This document shows positions 7,288-16,991 of a stretch of DNA of 38,462 nt, piece after piece (positions within the stretch are counted from its first letter, which is position 1; each line of letters opens with the position of its first letter). The translations under genes were made by a program, and so were the position numbers. The notes beneath the pieces were generated by a model. The model saw only the letters and a list, made by a program, of their open reading frames with translations, ran no database searches and was not told where the DNA came from. Location: positions 1 through 38,462 of the IMG/VR virus record IMGVR_UViG_3300021181_000025, one strand, 5' to 3'. This stretch comes from a virus. Taxonomy: Duplodnaviria > Caudoviricetes.

Positions 7288-8545
7288 TACGATCATTACC
7301 TATCCTAAAAAGTTTTATCCCTTGGTCAAGCCAGCACCTTTTAAGATCGCCAAAGGGGGGCGGGGAAGTGCGAAGTCTGAAAGTTTTGGACGTTTAGCGG
7401 TTAGACGCGCCGCAACAGAGAGGCTGCGATTTCTTTGTTGCCGTGAACTTCAAAGCTCTATCAAAGAGTCAGTGCATCAAACCCTCAGGGATATCATCTC
7501 TGAGCTGAAGTGGGACAAGTTCTTTCGTATAACTGACACCTCCATCAAGTCCTGGACCGGCAGCGAGTTTATTTTTAGAGGCCTGAGGAACAATTACAAT
7601 GAGATTAAATCCTTAAAAGGGATTAATATCTGCTGGATCGAAGAAGGGGAAGGGATAAGTCAGCCGAGCATTGACATCCTACTCCCGACCATCCGTAAGG
7701 ATGATGCGGAATTTTGGGTGTCTTTTAATCCCGAGACCAAAGACAGTCCATGCGATAAGACATTTATCACCCATGCGCAGCCGGGTTCGATCATTGTGGA
7801 GATGAACTGGCGGGACAATCCATGGTTCCCCATGACCTTGCGCAAACAAAAAGCGCACATGAAGATTGTCGATTATGAGAAATACCTGTGGGTGTGGGAA
7901 GGTCAGTATAAGCAGTACGCTCAAGATGTCATATTTAAAGACAAGCTCATTGTGGATGCGGATTTCGTAACCCCCGCAGATGTCAAGCAGTTCTATTACG
8001 GTCTGGACTTTGGTTTTAGTGTTGATCCCCTGGCCGCCCATCGCATGTGGGAAAAGCAAGATGGCGACTTTACTGATCTTTATATTGATTATGAGGTCTA
8101 CGGATTAGGGATAGAGCTTGATGAGATGCATGAACGATTGATTAAGGGATTGCCTGGCCTATTGCGACATAAGATCATGGCCGACAGTTCCCGACCGGAT
8201 ACCATCAATCACTTAAGAAAGCCTTTTAGCAAGAACGGCAGGAATTGGCCGAGCATTAACTGTGTGCCATGCAGCAAGAGCAGTAAGGCAGGCGGAAAGA
8301 CAGGAACGCAACAGGGGTATTTGCAAGACGGCATTGATTTCCTTCGTAGTTATCGGCACATTTATATTCATAAACGTTGCCCTGGCGCCAAGGATGACTA
8401 CCAGAATTACCGTTGGGATAGGGATAAAAAGACCCAAGAGATTTTAAGCGAGCCTGTGGATAAATCAAATCATACACCTGATAACAATCGTTATGCATTA
8501 GAAGATTTAATCAAACGGAAAGCGAGCGGATTCGATGCCCTCTAA
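7256..8545 (+). CDS. terL: Terminase large subunit (PBSX family)
   Basis: Walker A GGRGSAKS, CRELQSSIKES, Walker B CWIEEGE, SFNP, nuclease GLDFGFSVDP, NHTPDNNRYA. Confidence 0.97.
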   Translation: MLVLPQLNQNDTIITYPKKFYPLVKPAPFKIAKGGRGSAKSESFGRLAVRRAATERLRFLCCRELQSSIKESVHQTLRDIISELKWDKFFRITDTSIKSWTGSEFIFRGLRNNYNEIKSLKGINICWIEEGEGISQPSIDILLPTIRKDDAEFWVSFNPETKDSPCDKTFITHAQPGSIIVEMNWRDNPWFPMTLRKQKAHMKIVDYEKYLWVWEGQYKQYAQDVIFKDKLIVDADFVTPADVKQFYYGLDFGFSVDPLAAHRMWEKQDGDFTDLYIDYEVYGLGIELDEMHERLIKGLPGLLRHKIMADSSRPDTINHLRKPFSKNGRNWPSINCVPCSKSSKAGGKTGTQQGYLQDGIDFLRSYRHIYIHKRCPGAKDDYQNYRWDRDKKTQEILSEPVDKSNHTPDNNRYALEDLIKRKASGFDAL

Positions 8546-10034
8546 AAAGACAAGCCCAATTAAATTACCAAATTCTGTCCAAAAAGGCACAAATATGAGA
8601 AAATCTCTCAAAAATAGCCCTCAGGGGATGGGAAAAATCGAATTAACCTCACCTTTAGAAAGTCTCTTTACTCAGGGAGTCAAGGTTGAAAACAGCTTTG
8701 ATACAGGCGATGAAATGCTCTCCGGGGTATTTGATAGCCAAAGCAATTCACCGTTTTATCCCCAACCGCTTTCAAGTGGACAAACCCTTTTCCAGTCAAA
8801 CAACTATACCCCAATTATCACTTTGAACCGCGTGGCGGTCACACAAGCCTATATGACCCATGGCATCTTGCAGACCGCAATTGATGTGCCGGTTCTTGAT
8901 GCGTTTAGGGGGGGATTAGAGATTAAGTCCGAAGAACTGGATGATGAGGATATCCGCACCCTTAACAACTGGCTCAGGGAGAGCAAGACCCTGCATGAGA
9001 TCAAGGACGTCTTTAGATGGGCAAGGCTTTATGGGGGCGCAGGGCTGATCATCAACGTGGCTCAAGACCCTCTTGGTCCTCTTAATTGGAACTATGTTGA
9101 TTATCCAGACCTGCCATTATCATTTGTGGCGGCCGACCGATGGGAACTGGTATTGAATGTCATCCAGCTTAACGAGGTGGAATTTCCATACAATTATTAT
9201 GGCCAGTCATTGCGTAAAGATCGGGTCATGCGCGTCATTGGTAAAGAAGCCCCAAGCTTTTTAAGACCTCGCCTACAGGGATGGGGTATGTCTGAATTCG
9301 AACGCATGATTCGCGCTATCAACCAATTCATCAAAGCCGAAAACGTGCTCTTCCAGTTGATGGATGAGGCCAAAATTGACGTTTATAAGCTGGCAGGGTT
9401 CAATTCAACCGTTATCTCTGACCTAGCCCGCAACAAGGTCAATAAGCGTGTGGCGATCATGAATTACCTAAAAAACTACCACCGGGCAATAATGATGGAC
9501 ATGGAGGATGATTATGTCCAAAAGCAGATCACCTTCTCAGGCATGGGAGAAGTCTTTAAGCAGATCATGATCGGGATGAGCGCGGCCGTGCGCATGCCCA
9601 TGACCAAGCTCTTTGGGTTTACAGCCACTTCAGGCCTAAATGCCAATACCGATGACCTTGAAAACTACAATGCTATGATCGAAAGCGAGATCAGGGAGCC
9701 CGCATTGGATATCTGCTATCCGGTGGTCAAGGCCGCATGCCGTCATTTGTTTGGTTTTGAACCTCAGGACTTGGATATTGGCTTTAAGCCTTTACGTGTC
9801 TTGGGACCTGTAGAGGAAGAAGAGATCCGCACCTCCAAGCAAAACCGCCACTTCCAAAACCTCAGTGCTGACCTTTTGACGCCTGAAGAGTATATGAAGG
9901 CACTTAAGGCCGATGATGTTTTCACAATGGAGACCGAAGTGGGTGAGGGTTTGCGTGAACCCCTGCCTCTGGCACGTATGCAAGAGGCCTTGGATGGCCC
10001 GGAGAAGGGCAACGAAACTAAAGGCAACACATAA
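8535..10034 (+). CDS. Portal protein (DUF1073 family)
   Basis: WARLYGGA, GWGMSE, PMTKLFG, DLENY, FKPL motifs; follows TerL. Confidence 0.9.
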   Translation: MPSKKTSPIKLPNSVQKGTNMRKSLKNSPQGMGKIELTSPLESLFTQGVKVENSFDTGDEMLSGVFDSQSNSPFYPQPLSSGQTLFQSNNYTPIITLNRVAVTQAYMTHGILQTAIDVPVLDAFRGGLEIKSEELDDEDIRTLNNWLRESKTLHEIKDVFRWARLYGGAGLIINVAQDPLGPLNWNYVDYPDLPLSFVAADRWELVLNVIQLNEVEFPYNYYGQSLRKDRVMRVIGKEAPSFLRPRLQGWGMSEFERMIRAINQFIKAENVLFQLMDEAKIDVYKLAGFNSTVISDLARNKVNKRVAIMNYLKNYHRAIMMDMEDDYVQKQITFSGMGEVFKQIMIGMSAAVRMPMTKLFGFTATSGLNANTDDLENYNAMIESEIREPALDICYPVVKAACRHLFGFEPQDLDIGFKPLRVLGPVEEEEIRTSKQNRHFQNLSADLLTPEEYMKALKADDVFTMETEVGEGLREPLPLARMQEALDGPEKGNETKGNT

Positions 10035-10048
10035 TCGAGGAGAGGAAA

Positions 10049-10318
10049 ATGGGAAAGTTGCTGTTAAAGATTAAATGTATTGAGTGTGGATGTGAGCGGG
10101 AGATTACCAATGCCCAGACCCCTGTGGGTGAATGTAGTCTATGCAAAGAAGATTTTGGGTGGCTATATGCTCCAAAGACGATGCCCAATATCGTCTTAAG
10201 GCATGGGGATTTAGTGGTGGTCAATACGCGTGTGCCGGTGGACAGCCCACAACGCATATTCTCGGTTAAAAGAGGGAATAGTTTTTATTATCTTCAGCCC
10301 AAGGGCGAAGCCGCCTAA
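10049..10318 (+). CDS. Hypothetical zinc-ribbon protein
   Basis: CIECG...CSLC; SD GAGGAG. Confidence 0.7.
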   Translation: MGKLLLKIKCIECGCEREITNAQTPVGECSLCKEDFGWLYAPKTMPNIVLRHGDLVVVNTRVPVDSPQRIFSVKRGNSFYYLQPKGEAA

Positions 10319-10343
10319 AAGATAATCCATCGAGGAGGATTAT

Positions 10344-10634
10344 ATGGACGCACCAAAAGATTTAGGAGTAGCAGCAATCACCACCCATATTAAGGATGGG
10401 AAGGTAACTCAAGAATATCGCCGGGTTGAGTCATGGGCAATGAAGGGTGAGGATGGCAAACTATATTATGCCTGTGAATCATTCTTTGGAATCCAATTAA
10501 TGGATGATTGCCGCAATGGGATAACAGAAGGCACCGTTTTTTGTGGCACTCAGATCATCTCGGGCGAATGTGATCTTGATTGCTGGTGGGAGATCGCTCA
10601 GCAGTTGTATGCCATGAAAGAGGGGTGGGCGTGA
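10344..10634 (+). CDS. Hypothetical protein
   Basis: 96 aa, SD GAGGAGG. Confidence 0.7.
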   Translation: MDAPKDLGVAAITTHIKDGKVTQEYRRVESWAMKGEDGKLYYACESFFGIQLMDDCRNGITEGTVFCGTQIISGECDLDCWWEIAQQLYAMKEGWA

Positions 10635-10840
10635 GAATAACCATAACTCTTAAGAAAGACATTACATCAAATATGATAAGTACCCTCATGGGAAAGAAGG
10701 TGACTGGTCCCAATGGGAAAGAAATGGGAGAAGTGGTTTCCATTGAATATACGACTTCACCACTATTTTTAGAAGTGACGTATGAAATTTATCCCCATGC
10801 GGAAAGAACATTTGAAAGACTTTTGAGATTAGAAGAATGA
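10631..10840 (+). CDS. Hypothetical protein
   Basis: GTGA overlap with upstream stop and ATGA overlap downstream; GKKVTGPNGKEMGEV looks PRC-barrel-like. Confidence 0.55.
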   Translation: MRITITLKKDITSNMISTLMGKKVTGPNGKEMGEVVSIEYTTSPLFLEVTYEIYPHAERTFERLLRLEE

Positions 10841-11811
10841 GAAAAATCCAACCAATCCGGGACCGGGCTGACTACCACCTGCTGATCTATAGAGAGATCA
10901 AGGCCTTGTTGGATAGAATTCTGTTTGAACCCGTATTGGCGATTGCGACAGGCAAGAACCTCGAAAATGCACCATCCAAAGAATTATTAACCGCTTTACG
11001 ATCAGGGAGGATTACATATGCCGAGAACTACTTCACGGGCAAATTCAATGCGGCCATTGGCTTGGAGTTGCGAAAACTCGGGGCAGACTGGAACAAAGTC
11101 CGCAAAGCATATTACCTTCCGCAAGGCAATATCCCCACTGATGTCAAGATTGCAATTGCCCAAGGCCTATCTGACATCCAATCTAAAATAGCCAAAATAA
11201 ATGAGCACCTAACCGATCTCCAAAAAACTGGAGCGGTGCCCGATATAGATTTCAATACTCAATTCGCGGCAATGACCATTGATATCGATAAACAATTTAA
11301 ATCTACAATCCCAAAAGATTTAGAGATGCCAATGACCATGACGGCATTTCAGAAAGAAGCGATCCGCCGCGAGTATGTCGAGAACTTAAATAAATACATT
11401 AAAGATTTCACAGTTGATAGCACAGAACGCCTTCGCAAAAAAGTTATTGAGAATGTGCAAGAGGGCTATAGAGCATCAAACCTCGTCGGTGTTATTGAGG
11501 CAGAACACGGAGTTGCAAGTCGCCACGCATTGTTCTTGGCAAAACAAGAAACATCATTGCTCGTCTCAACTTATAGAGATTCACGCTATCAAGAGGCTGG
11601 CGTCCGTCGGTATCTGTGGTCAACAAGCCATGACTCAAGAGTGCGTCATGATCATAAAGTCCTCGACGGGAAAACATTTTTCTTCAATGATCCTCCCGTA
11701 ACAAACCAGAGCACGGGTGCTAAAAATAATCCAGGCTATGATTTTGGTTGTCGCTGTGTTGCTATTCCCATCCTTGAAGATGATGAGGAAATTCGGTACG
11801 GAAAAAAATAA
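10837..11811 (+). CDS. Head morphogenesis protein (SPP1 gp7 / Mu gpF family)
   Basis: YLWSTSHDSRVRHDHKVLDGK...PGYDFGCRCVAIP. Confidence 0.93.
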   Translation: MRKIQPIRDRADYHLLIYREIKALLDRILFEPVLAIATGKNLENAPSKELLTALRSGRITYAENYFTGKFNAAIGLELRKLGADWNKVRKAYYLPQGNIPTDVKIAIAQGLSDIQSKIAKINEHLTDLQKTGAVPDIDFNTQFAAMTIDIDKQFKSTIPKDLEMPMTMTAFQKEAIRREYVENLNKYIKDFTVDSTERLRKKVIENVQEGYRASNLVGVIEAEHGVASRHALFLAKQETSLLVSTYRDSRYQEAGVRRYLWSTSHDSRVRHDHKVLDGKTFFFNDPPVTNQSTGAKNNPGYDFGCRCVAIPILEDDEEIRYGKK

Positions 11812-11829
11812 TTAAAAATATATTTGACA

Positions 11830-11949
11830 ATGAAAAAAATACTTGACATTATAGAATCATTGATACGAAGAAGATTCACAGGAATACTCACAATCGAATT
11901 CTTTGAAGGCGGAATCCGTTCTGCCGATCAAAAGGAAAAGGTCATATGA
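11830..11949 (+). CDS. Small 39-aa protein (DUF2292-like), candidate leader ORF
   Basis: Manual: MKKILDIIESLIRRRFTGILTIEFFEGGIRSADQKEKVI; no clear SD. Confidence 0.55.
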   Translation: MKKILDIIESLIRRRFTGILTIEFFEGGIRSADQKEKVI

Positions 11950-11994
11950 GATAATACCCGCAAAATAGTTCGGGACTAAGTTTATCAAACTTCG

Positions 11995-12035
11995 CCCGCT
12001 TTAGGCTTTATAGCCTGAGGCGGGTTTTTTATTTT
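11995..12035 (+). terminator. Intrinsic terminator upstream of head protease gene
   Basis: 13-bp stem CCCGCTTTAGGCT / AGCCTGAGGCGGG (2 GU), 4-nt loop, followed by TTTTTTATTTT. Confidence 0.85.
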
Positions 12036-12048
12036 GTGGTTAAATCAT

Positions 12049-13230
12049 ATGATCAATCTGCTCTCTGAAAAAAAGGTGATACGTAACGAAAAGCAATGGC
12101 CTAAGACCTACACTCGTAAGTTTATCGAGCAAGGGCTGGTAGATTACAAGGACGCCAACCTGGCCAAAGGCCTTAAGGTCCTGCTCCTGCGTAAAGAGAC
12201 CATTGATCAGATGATACCGAGCTTTATCGATAAGCCGGTGGTTATCAAGCATCAGGACGTAGATACGGGGAATTTCACCGATGTCGCCATTGGCTATATC
12301 AAGAGCATTTACTTCAATGCCATGGATGGTTGGTATTATGTGGATTTCCTGATCACCCACGATGAAGGCCATGAGAAGATGGATGACGGTTGGGGCGTTT
12401 CTTGCGCTTACAAGGTCAATCAGATCATCTCAGGCGGCAAGTACCACAACATCGATTATGATGGCGAAATTGTATCAGGGGTAGGCGAGCATTTAGCCCT
12501 GGTCCAGAATCCAAGATATGAAGATTGCCTTACCGTAGTAAACGGAGTTGAGGCGTTCCTATACAACGAAAAAAGCTATTTAACTAAAAATCAACGGGAG
12601 GATAACAAAATGTTATTCAATTTCTTCGGTAAGAAAGAAGACAAAGGTTTCGCGCCTGACACAGTGGTTGATCTCGGTAATGGAAAAACCGCTAAATTGG
12701 CCGATATTATGAAAGTTGCAAATTCTATTTTATCGAAGGAAGCTCATCAAATTGATGGTTCCCAAGAAATTGAATTGGCTAATGGCAAAAAGGTGAAGTT
12801 AGAAGATGCTGTTAAGGCCTTTAATGCTGCTACCGACAAGGGCGAGTCCGATGATGAAAAGAAGGCTCGTGAAGTCGAAGAAGGCAAAAAGGCTGAAAAT
12901 GCTGTCAAATTTAAAAATTGTGGTTGCGGCGGTGAAAAAGACGGCAAGCACATGGATAATTGCAAAATGTATAATTCCGATGGTTCTGAGAAAGAAGGCA
13001 AAGAAAAGGCCGAGAACGCCGTAGAGACTTTGCAAAATGAAGTCAAGGCATTAAAGGCTGAGAATGAAGCTCTTAAGGCCGGTGCGGCTCATATGAAGGA
13101 TTATGTGAAGCTTAATGCCGCTAAAGAGACCATCGTGGCAGAAGTTGATTTGCAAAACGCAACCACTGTCAGTGGCACCTTAGATAGCAAACTAGAGAAC
13201 AGCAAGAAGTTCTTTACCAAAAAGGCATAA
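12049..13230 (+). CDS. Prohead protease/scaffold (DUF2213 family)
   Basis: KPVVIKHQ, VSCAY, GEHLALVQNPRY; charged coiled-coil C-half; internal start MLFNFF with SD GGAGG at ~12610 may give a separate scaffold. Confidence 0.85.
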   Translation: MINLLSEKKVIRNEKQWPKTYTRKFIEQGLVDYKDANLAKGLKVLLLRKETIDQMIPSFIDKPVVIKHQDVDTGNFTDVAIGYIKSIYFNAMDGWYYVDFLITHDEGHEKMDDGWGVSCAYKVNQIISGGKYHNIDYDGEIVSGVGEHLALVQNPRYEDCLTVVNGVEAFLYNEKSYLTKNQREDNKMLFNFFGKKEDKGFAPDTVVDLGNGKTAKLADIMKVANSILSKEAHQIDGSQEIELANGKKVKLEDAVKAFNAATDKGESDDEKKAREVEEGKKAENAVKFKNCGCGGEKDGKHMDNCKMYNSDGSEKEGKEKAENAVETLQNEVKALKAENEALKAGAAHMKDYVKLNAAKETIVAEVDLQNATTVSGTLDSKLENSKKFFTKKA

Positions 13231-13267
13231 ATTTTAACATCATCAGACCCAATAGGAGGGTAATTCA

Positions 13268-14173
13268 ATGTCACAAAATTATCAACAATTGAATCAGTTT
13301 GCTCAGCTTCCGATCTTAGGCGATACCGCGACAAAGGTGAATCTGAATACGCTTTCTGTTCAGATCGATCCTAATTCGACAAATACCCTTCTGCCTGGTG
13401 ATGCAGTATATTTGACACAGACCGCTGGGACCACCATTTTGGTGGACAAATGCTCTGCCACTGTGGCTCCGTTCGGTTACATCCTTTATAACCAAAGATT
13501 CAACCAGTTTATCGCTGGTGATGCGGTGGAAATCGGTACCGCTGGCCAGATTATGTTCTTATTGGCAGGTGGCACCATCAGCCGTGGCAACAATGTGGAA
13601 TATGATCCTAGTGCCAGTTTAACCACTGGTCCGCAAGTATTGGCCTCGGGTGGTGTCAATCCCATCTCTGGTTTAGCCTTGGATAATGCGACTGTCGGCA
13701 ATTTATTGCGCGTCCTTGTCTTGGGCGTATCTTACCCTGTGACCGCCACCATTTCAGGTGGATTTATCAACAACACGCCTATTGGTCAATCCACGGCTGC
13801 TGCTGGTTCGTTCACAACCTTGACGGCTTCTACCAGTTTAAGCGTCACGGGTAATGCGACAGCAACGACTGTATATGATGCGATTGTGGCCTTGACACCG
13901 GGTGCCACCGTTTCATTGAACCCGACATTAGCTGGCTTATTTACATTAGCACCTACGGCTTCTTGTACCATTAATGCAGCCAGCGTTCCTTCTAAGCATC
14001 AGAGAATTGTGATTGTCATTACACCGACATCCACAAGTTCTATGGTGATTACCTTCGGTAGCAATTTCGTTAGCCAAGGTACTTTGACCACAACGACCAC
14101 TTCACCGTTCTGCTTAAGCTTTGACGGGAATGGTACGAACTTTATTGAATCGTCACAACGTACAACCGATTAA
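13268..14173 (+). CDS. Head decoration/cement protein with C-terminal fibre-like extension
   Basis: Lies between protease and MCP; beta-rich N-domain then INNTPIGQSTAAAGSFTTL fibre motif. Confidence 0.7.
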   Translation: MSQNYQQLNQFAQLPILGDTATKVNLNTLSVQIDPNSTNTLLPGDAVYLTQTAGTTILVDKCSATVAPFGYILYNQRFNQFIAGDAVEIGTAGQIMFLLAGGTISRGNNVEYDPSASLTTGPQVLASGGVNPISGLALDNATVGNLLRVLVLGVSYPVTATISGGFINNTPIGQSTAAAGSFTTLTASTSLSVTGNATATTVYDAIVALTPGATVSLNPTLAGLFTLAPTASCTINAASVPSKHQRIVIVITPTSTSSMVITFGSNFVSQGTLTTTTTSPFCLSFDGNGTNFIESSQRTTD

Positions 14174-14204
14174 TTTTAAAAATACATAAACCGGAGGAAT
14201 CTCA

Positions 14205-15284
14205 ATGAGAACAGTCTTAGGATTCGAAAAAAAGATGGTAAATGGTCAGCAAGTGGATGATATCAGCAAGCCACTGTTTGCTAAAAATGGCGGCCTAAGC
14301 TTGCTCAATTCTTCCCAAGGTATTGAGACCTCCAGCTTCGGTTATAACCGGGCAATCACCACCTTGACTTATATTAAGACCTTGATCACTGAACAGGTCT
14401 TTTATCAAGTCAATCCGATGGATTATGCGCCCGTGGTGGTCGGTGAAGGTTCCTTCTCCACTGCCATCTTGACGAACGTCACCTATAGCGCTTCCGGTGA
14501 CTTCTTCCAAGGCTTGATCAATCAAGGCAACAATAACGACCAATTGGCTAAGTCCAACGTAGGTATCAGTTCCATTACCACACCGGTATTCAATTGGGCC
14601 AAGTCCATTGATTATACCATCTTTGAAATCGAGCAAGCCTTGCAGGCAAACAACTGGGACATCATCAAGTCCAAGCACGATGCCCGCAAAGAGAATTGGG
14701 ACTTGGGTATTCAGTCGATGTTCTTCTTGGGTATGCCTTCAGATCCGGTGAACGCTCCCGGCCTGTTGAATAACCCCAATGTCAACATCAACAGCTCTGT
14801 CATTACCCAGCTGTTAAACACCATGAGCTATTCCCAATTTACAACGGTTGTGGCCGATTTATTGGAATCATACCGTTTAAATTGTAACCGTACCGCATAC
14901 CCGACACACTTCATCATCCCTGAAGATGATTACAACGGTATGATGGTCCCGTATACAGCGACCGCCACAGGCTTCCCGTTAATCTCCATCTTGGAGTATT
15001 TAAAGAAGGCCTTCGCGGGTGTTGGTTTGCCCAACATCAAGATCATGCCGTCGGCATATGCAATGCCTGCATATAACGCCTCTGCTTCTGGTCTTGATCA
15101 GCACACCTACACACTGTTGAATTATGACGTGCGTTCTGTGCGTATGGATATTCCGGTTATGATCACGGCTACACAGCCTAACACGATCAATAACTTCCAG
15201 TTCCAAGATGCCGCCTACGGTCAATTTACACCAGTAGTTGTCATCAAGCCTCTGGAAATGCTGTACTTCCAGAACAACTTCTAA
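14205..15284 (+). CDS. Major capsid protein (DUF2184 family, HK97 fold)
   Basis: YTIFEIEQA, FFLG...GLLNNPNV, P-hydrophobic C-terminus; strong SD GGAGG; position. Confidence 0.88.
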   Translation: MRTVLGFEKKMVNGQQVDDISKPLFAKNGGLSLLNSSQGIETSSFGYNRAITTLTYIKTLITEQVFYQVNPMDYAPVVVGEGSFSTAILTNVTYSASGDFFQGLINQGNNNDQLAKSNVGISSITTPVFNWAKSIDYTIFEIEQALQANNWDIIKSKHDARKENWDLGIQSMFFLGMPSDPVNAPGLLNNPNVNINSSVITQLLNTMSYSQFTTVVADLLESYRLNCNRTAYPTHFIIPEDDYNGMMVPYTATATGFPLISILEYLKKAFAGVGLPNIKIMPSAYAMPAYNASASGLDQHTYTLLNYDVRSVRMDIPVMITATQPNTINNFQFQDAAYGQFTPVVVIKPLEMLYFQNNF

Positions 15285-15289
15285 TAAGT

Positions 15290-15340
15290 GGCCGAAAAGG
15301 GGAAACCCCTGTGGGGCTTTCCTCGAGGCTCCAATAGGCC
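15290..15340 (+). other. Structured intergenic RNA element after MCP
   Basis: GGCC/GGCC closing stem enclosing AGGGG-AAA-CCCCT and GGGGCTTT-CCTC-GAGGCTCC; no U tract. Confidence 0.45.
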
Positions 15341-15370
15341 TAACAACCCAATCGAGGAGGGGGAGAAATC

Positions 15371-15622
15371 ATGAGTGAAGTTAAAGTTGAAGAAAAGAAG
15401 GCAATAAAGCCCGTCTGCTTACAGCACATTGGAAAGATCCGTCAATTCTATGTGCATGCTGATAGAGTTATCAAGATTTATCGTGGTGCCGCATCGATGC
15501 AAAAGGGCACACGATTTGAAAAGACAGTCGTTTTAAATCCTGGATGCGTCGTTGATGTTACACCGGATTTAGCGGAATGGCTTTTAAAGAAAAGGGATTT
15601 TCAAAAGTATGGTGTTAAATAA
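15371..15622 (+). CDS. Hypothetical head-associated protein
   Basis: 83 aa, SD GGAGG/GGAG, post-MCP position. Confidence 0.75.
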   Translation: MSEVKVEEKKAIKPVCLQHIGKIRQFYVHADRVIKIYRGAASMQKGTRFEKTVVLNPGCVVDVTPDLAEWLLKKRDFQKYGVK

Positions 15623-15634
15623 GGGAGAAACCCC

Positions 15635-16105
15635 ATGTCTTGCACCGTATTGCCATGGACGCCGCCAACGTACCAACAATTTCAGGCGTTCTTCTTTAGA
15701 GATTTCCCTTATGCTGGTCCAGACACTCCGACCACGGATTTAAATTATGTCCAGCCACAAGACATAGAAAATGCCATAGCACTGGGTGAGGTCAACTTCA
15801 GCCCGTCTATGTTTGATGTGCAAAGCGGTCAGAGTACAACAGTTTTCATGTACTTGGCCGCTTTTTATTTGGTAGAGAATCTTAAGATGTCGGCTAAGGG
15901 GATTTCGGCTCAAGCCAACTTCCCTTTAACTGGCATAGGTGCGGGAGGGGTGAATGTAGCCATGCAGCCACCTGAATCTTTCTTAAAGAACCCCACTTAT
16001 GCCATGTTTACACGCAATGCGTATGGATTGCAGTATTTAAGCCTGGTCTATCCCTATACGATTGGCGCCATGGCCTTAATTCCGGGCACAACCACATTTT
16101 CATAA
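15635..16105 (+). CDS. Head-tail connector (DUF4054 family)
   Basis: FQAFFFRDF...YLAAFYL...TRNAYGLQYLSL pattern. Confidence 0.8.
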   Translation: MSCTVLPWTPPTYQQFQAFFFRDFPYAGPDTPTTDLNYVQPQDIENAIALGEVNFSPSMFDVQSGQSTTVFMYLAAFYLVENLKMSAKGISAQANFPLTGIGAGGVNVAMQPPESFLKNPTYAMFTRNAYGLQYLSLVYPYTIGAMALIPGTTTFS

Positions 16106-16119
16106 AAGAGGAGATCGAT

Positions 16120-16422
16120 ATGCATTATAAGAACGGACGTGAAGCAAAGAACGGTGACAAAGTGGTGTTAATCCCTTCCTATGGCGCTCCGGTCATTGGT
16201 ATTTTGTACGATGCAACCGCAGGCAATGATTATTGTAATGGGAAGATTGCACAGGTGTCTCCAAGCGATGTCTGTCCTAATCTTCAAGAAGTTTTGCATT
16301 TGGATGATGTCTTAAGTGCGGTAAATAATAAATTGGCAGAGGATGCAAAGGCCAAGGAATCCGTACAGACCCAAGAACAAACAGCGGCTCAAGAGGTAAC
16401 TAAGGAACCTGATCCTGCATAA
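16120..16422 (+). CDS. Conserved hypothetical protein (MHYKNGREAKNGD family)
   Basis: 100 aa, SD GAGGAG; inserted in neck module. Confidence 0.75.
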   Translation: MHYKNGREAKNGDKVVLIPSYGAPVIGILYDATAGNDYCNGKIAQVSPSDVCPNLQEVLHLDDVLSAVNNKLAEDAKAKESVQTQEQTAAQEVTKEPDPA

Positions 16423-16991
16423 TGAAGAAAAAATATACCATAGGTCGGAATATCTCAATCAATCTTGACATGGAAAAATTGTCAAAGTTGAAAGAGGAAC
16501 TGACCAAAAAGTATATTACGCGGGTAGGAGTTCTAGGGCAGAAGACCAATCGCATCCCAATGCTCACAGGTGAAAGCCATGAGCGGTATCAGATGCGGGT
16601 CAAAAAGATCATGAAGAGTAAACCCGAGATTGCTGAGAACGGGGAAAAGACCAATGCTGAAATAGGTCTTGTGCATGAGATGGGGTCCAGTAGTGATCAT
16701 ATCCCCAGACGTTCTTTCTTAGATATGCCATTGACTTTAAAGATGCCCGAGTATGCGAAGCAATTTAGTAACCAACTTATGAAGGCTGTCGATGACGGGA
16801 ACATTAAGCCCGTCTATATCAATTTAGGAATCAAGGGCGAGCAGGTGGTTCAGTTGGCATTTTCAAGTCGAGGATTTGGTATCTGGCCAGCTAATAGGCC
16901 ATCTACGATTGCCCTTAAGGGATCTTCACAGCCCTTAATCGATACCGCGCAATTGCGCAGAAGCATAACCAGTGATGTGGTGAATAAATGA
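16422..16991 (+). CDS. Neck/virion morphogenesis protein
   Basis: IGLVHEMG...IPRRSFL...NRPSTIALKGSSQPLIDTAQLRRSIT. Confidence 0.85.
   Translation: MKKKYTIGRNISINLDMEKLSKLKEELTKKYITRVGVLGQKTNRIPMLTGESHERYQMRVKKIMKSKPEIAENGEKTNAEIGLVHEMGSSSDHIPRRSFLDMPLTLKMPEYAKQFSNQLMKAVDDGNIKPVYINLGIKGEQVVQLAFSSRGFGIWPANRPSTIALKGSSQPLIDTAQLRRSITSDVVNK

Noticed and set aside
8535-10034. Anti-CBASS Acb1 label sometimes attached to DUF1073 proteins
   Set aside because: No 2H phosphoesterase HxT/S pair domain evident; size and position indicate a plain portal
11824-11852. Two TTGACA hexamers suggesting a promoter before the head genes
   Set aside because: Best -10 at 17 bp is only CATTAT, it overlaps the small ORF start, and it would still fire into the terminator; left uncalled
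15290-15340. Hammerhead ribozyme (GAAA next to stems)
   Set aside because: No CUGANGA core on either strand
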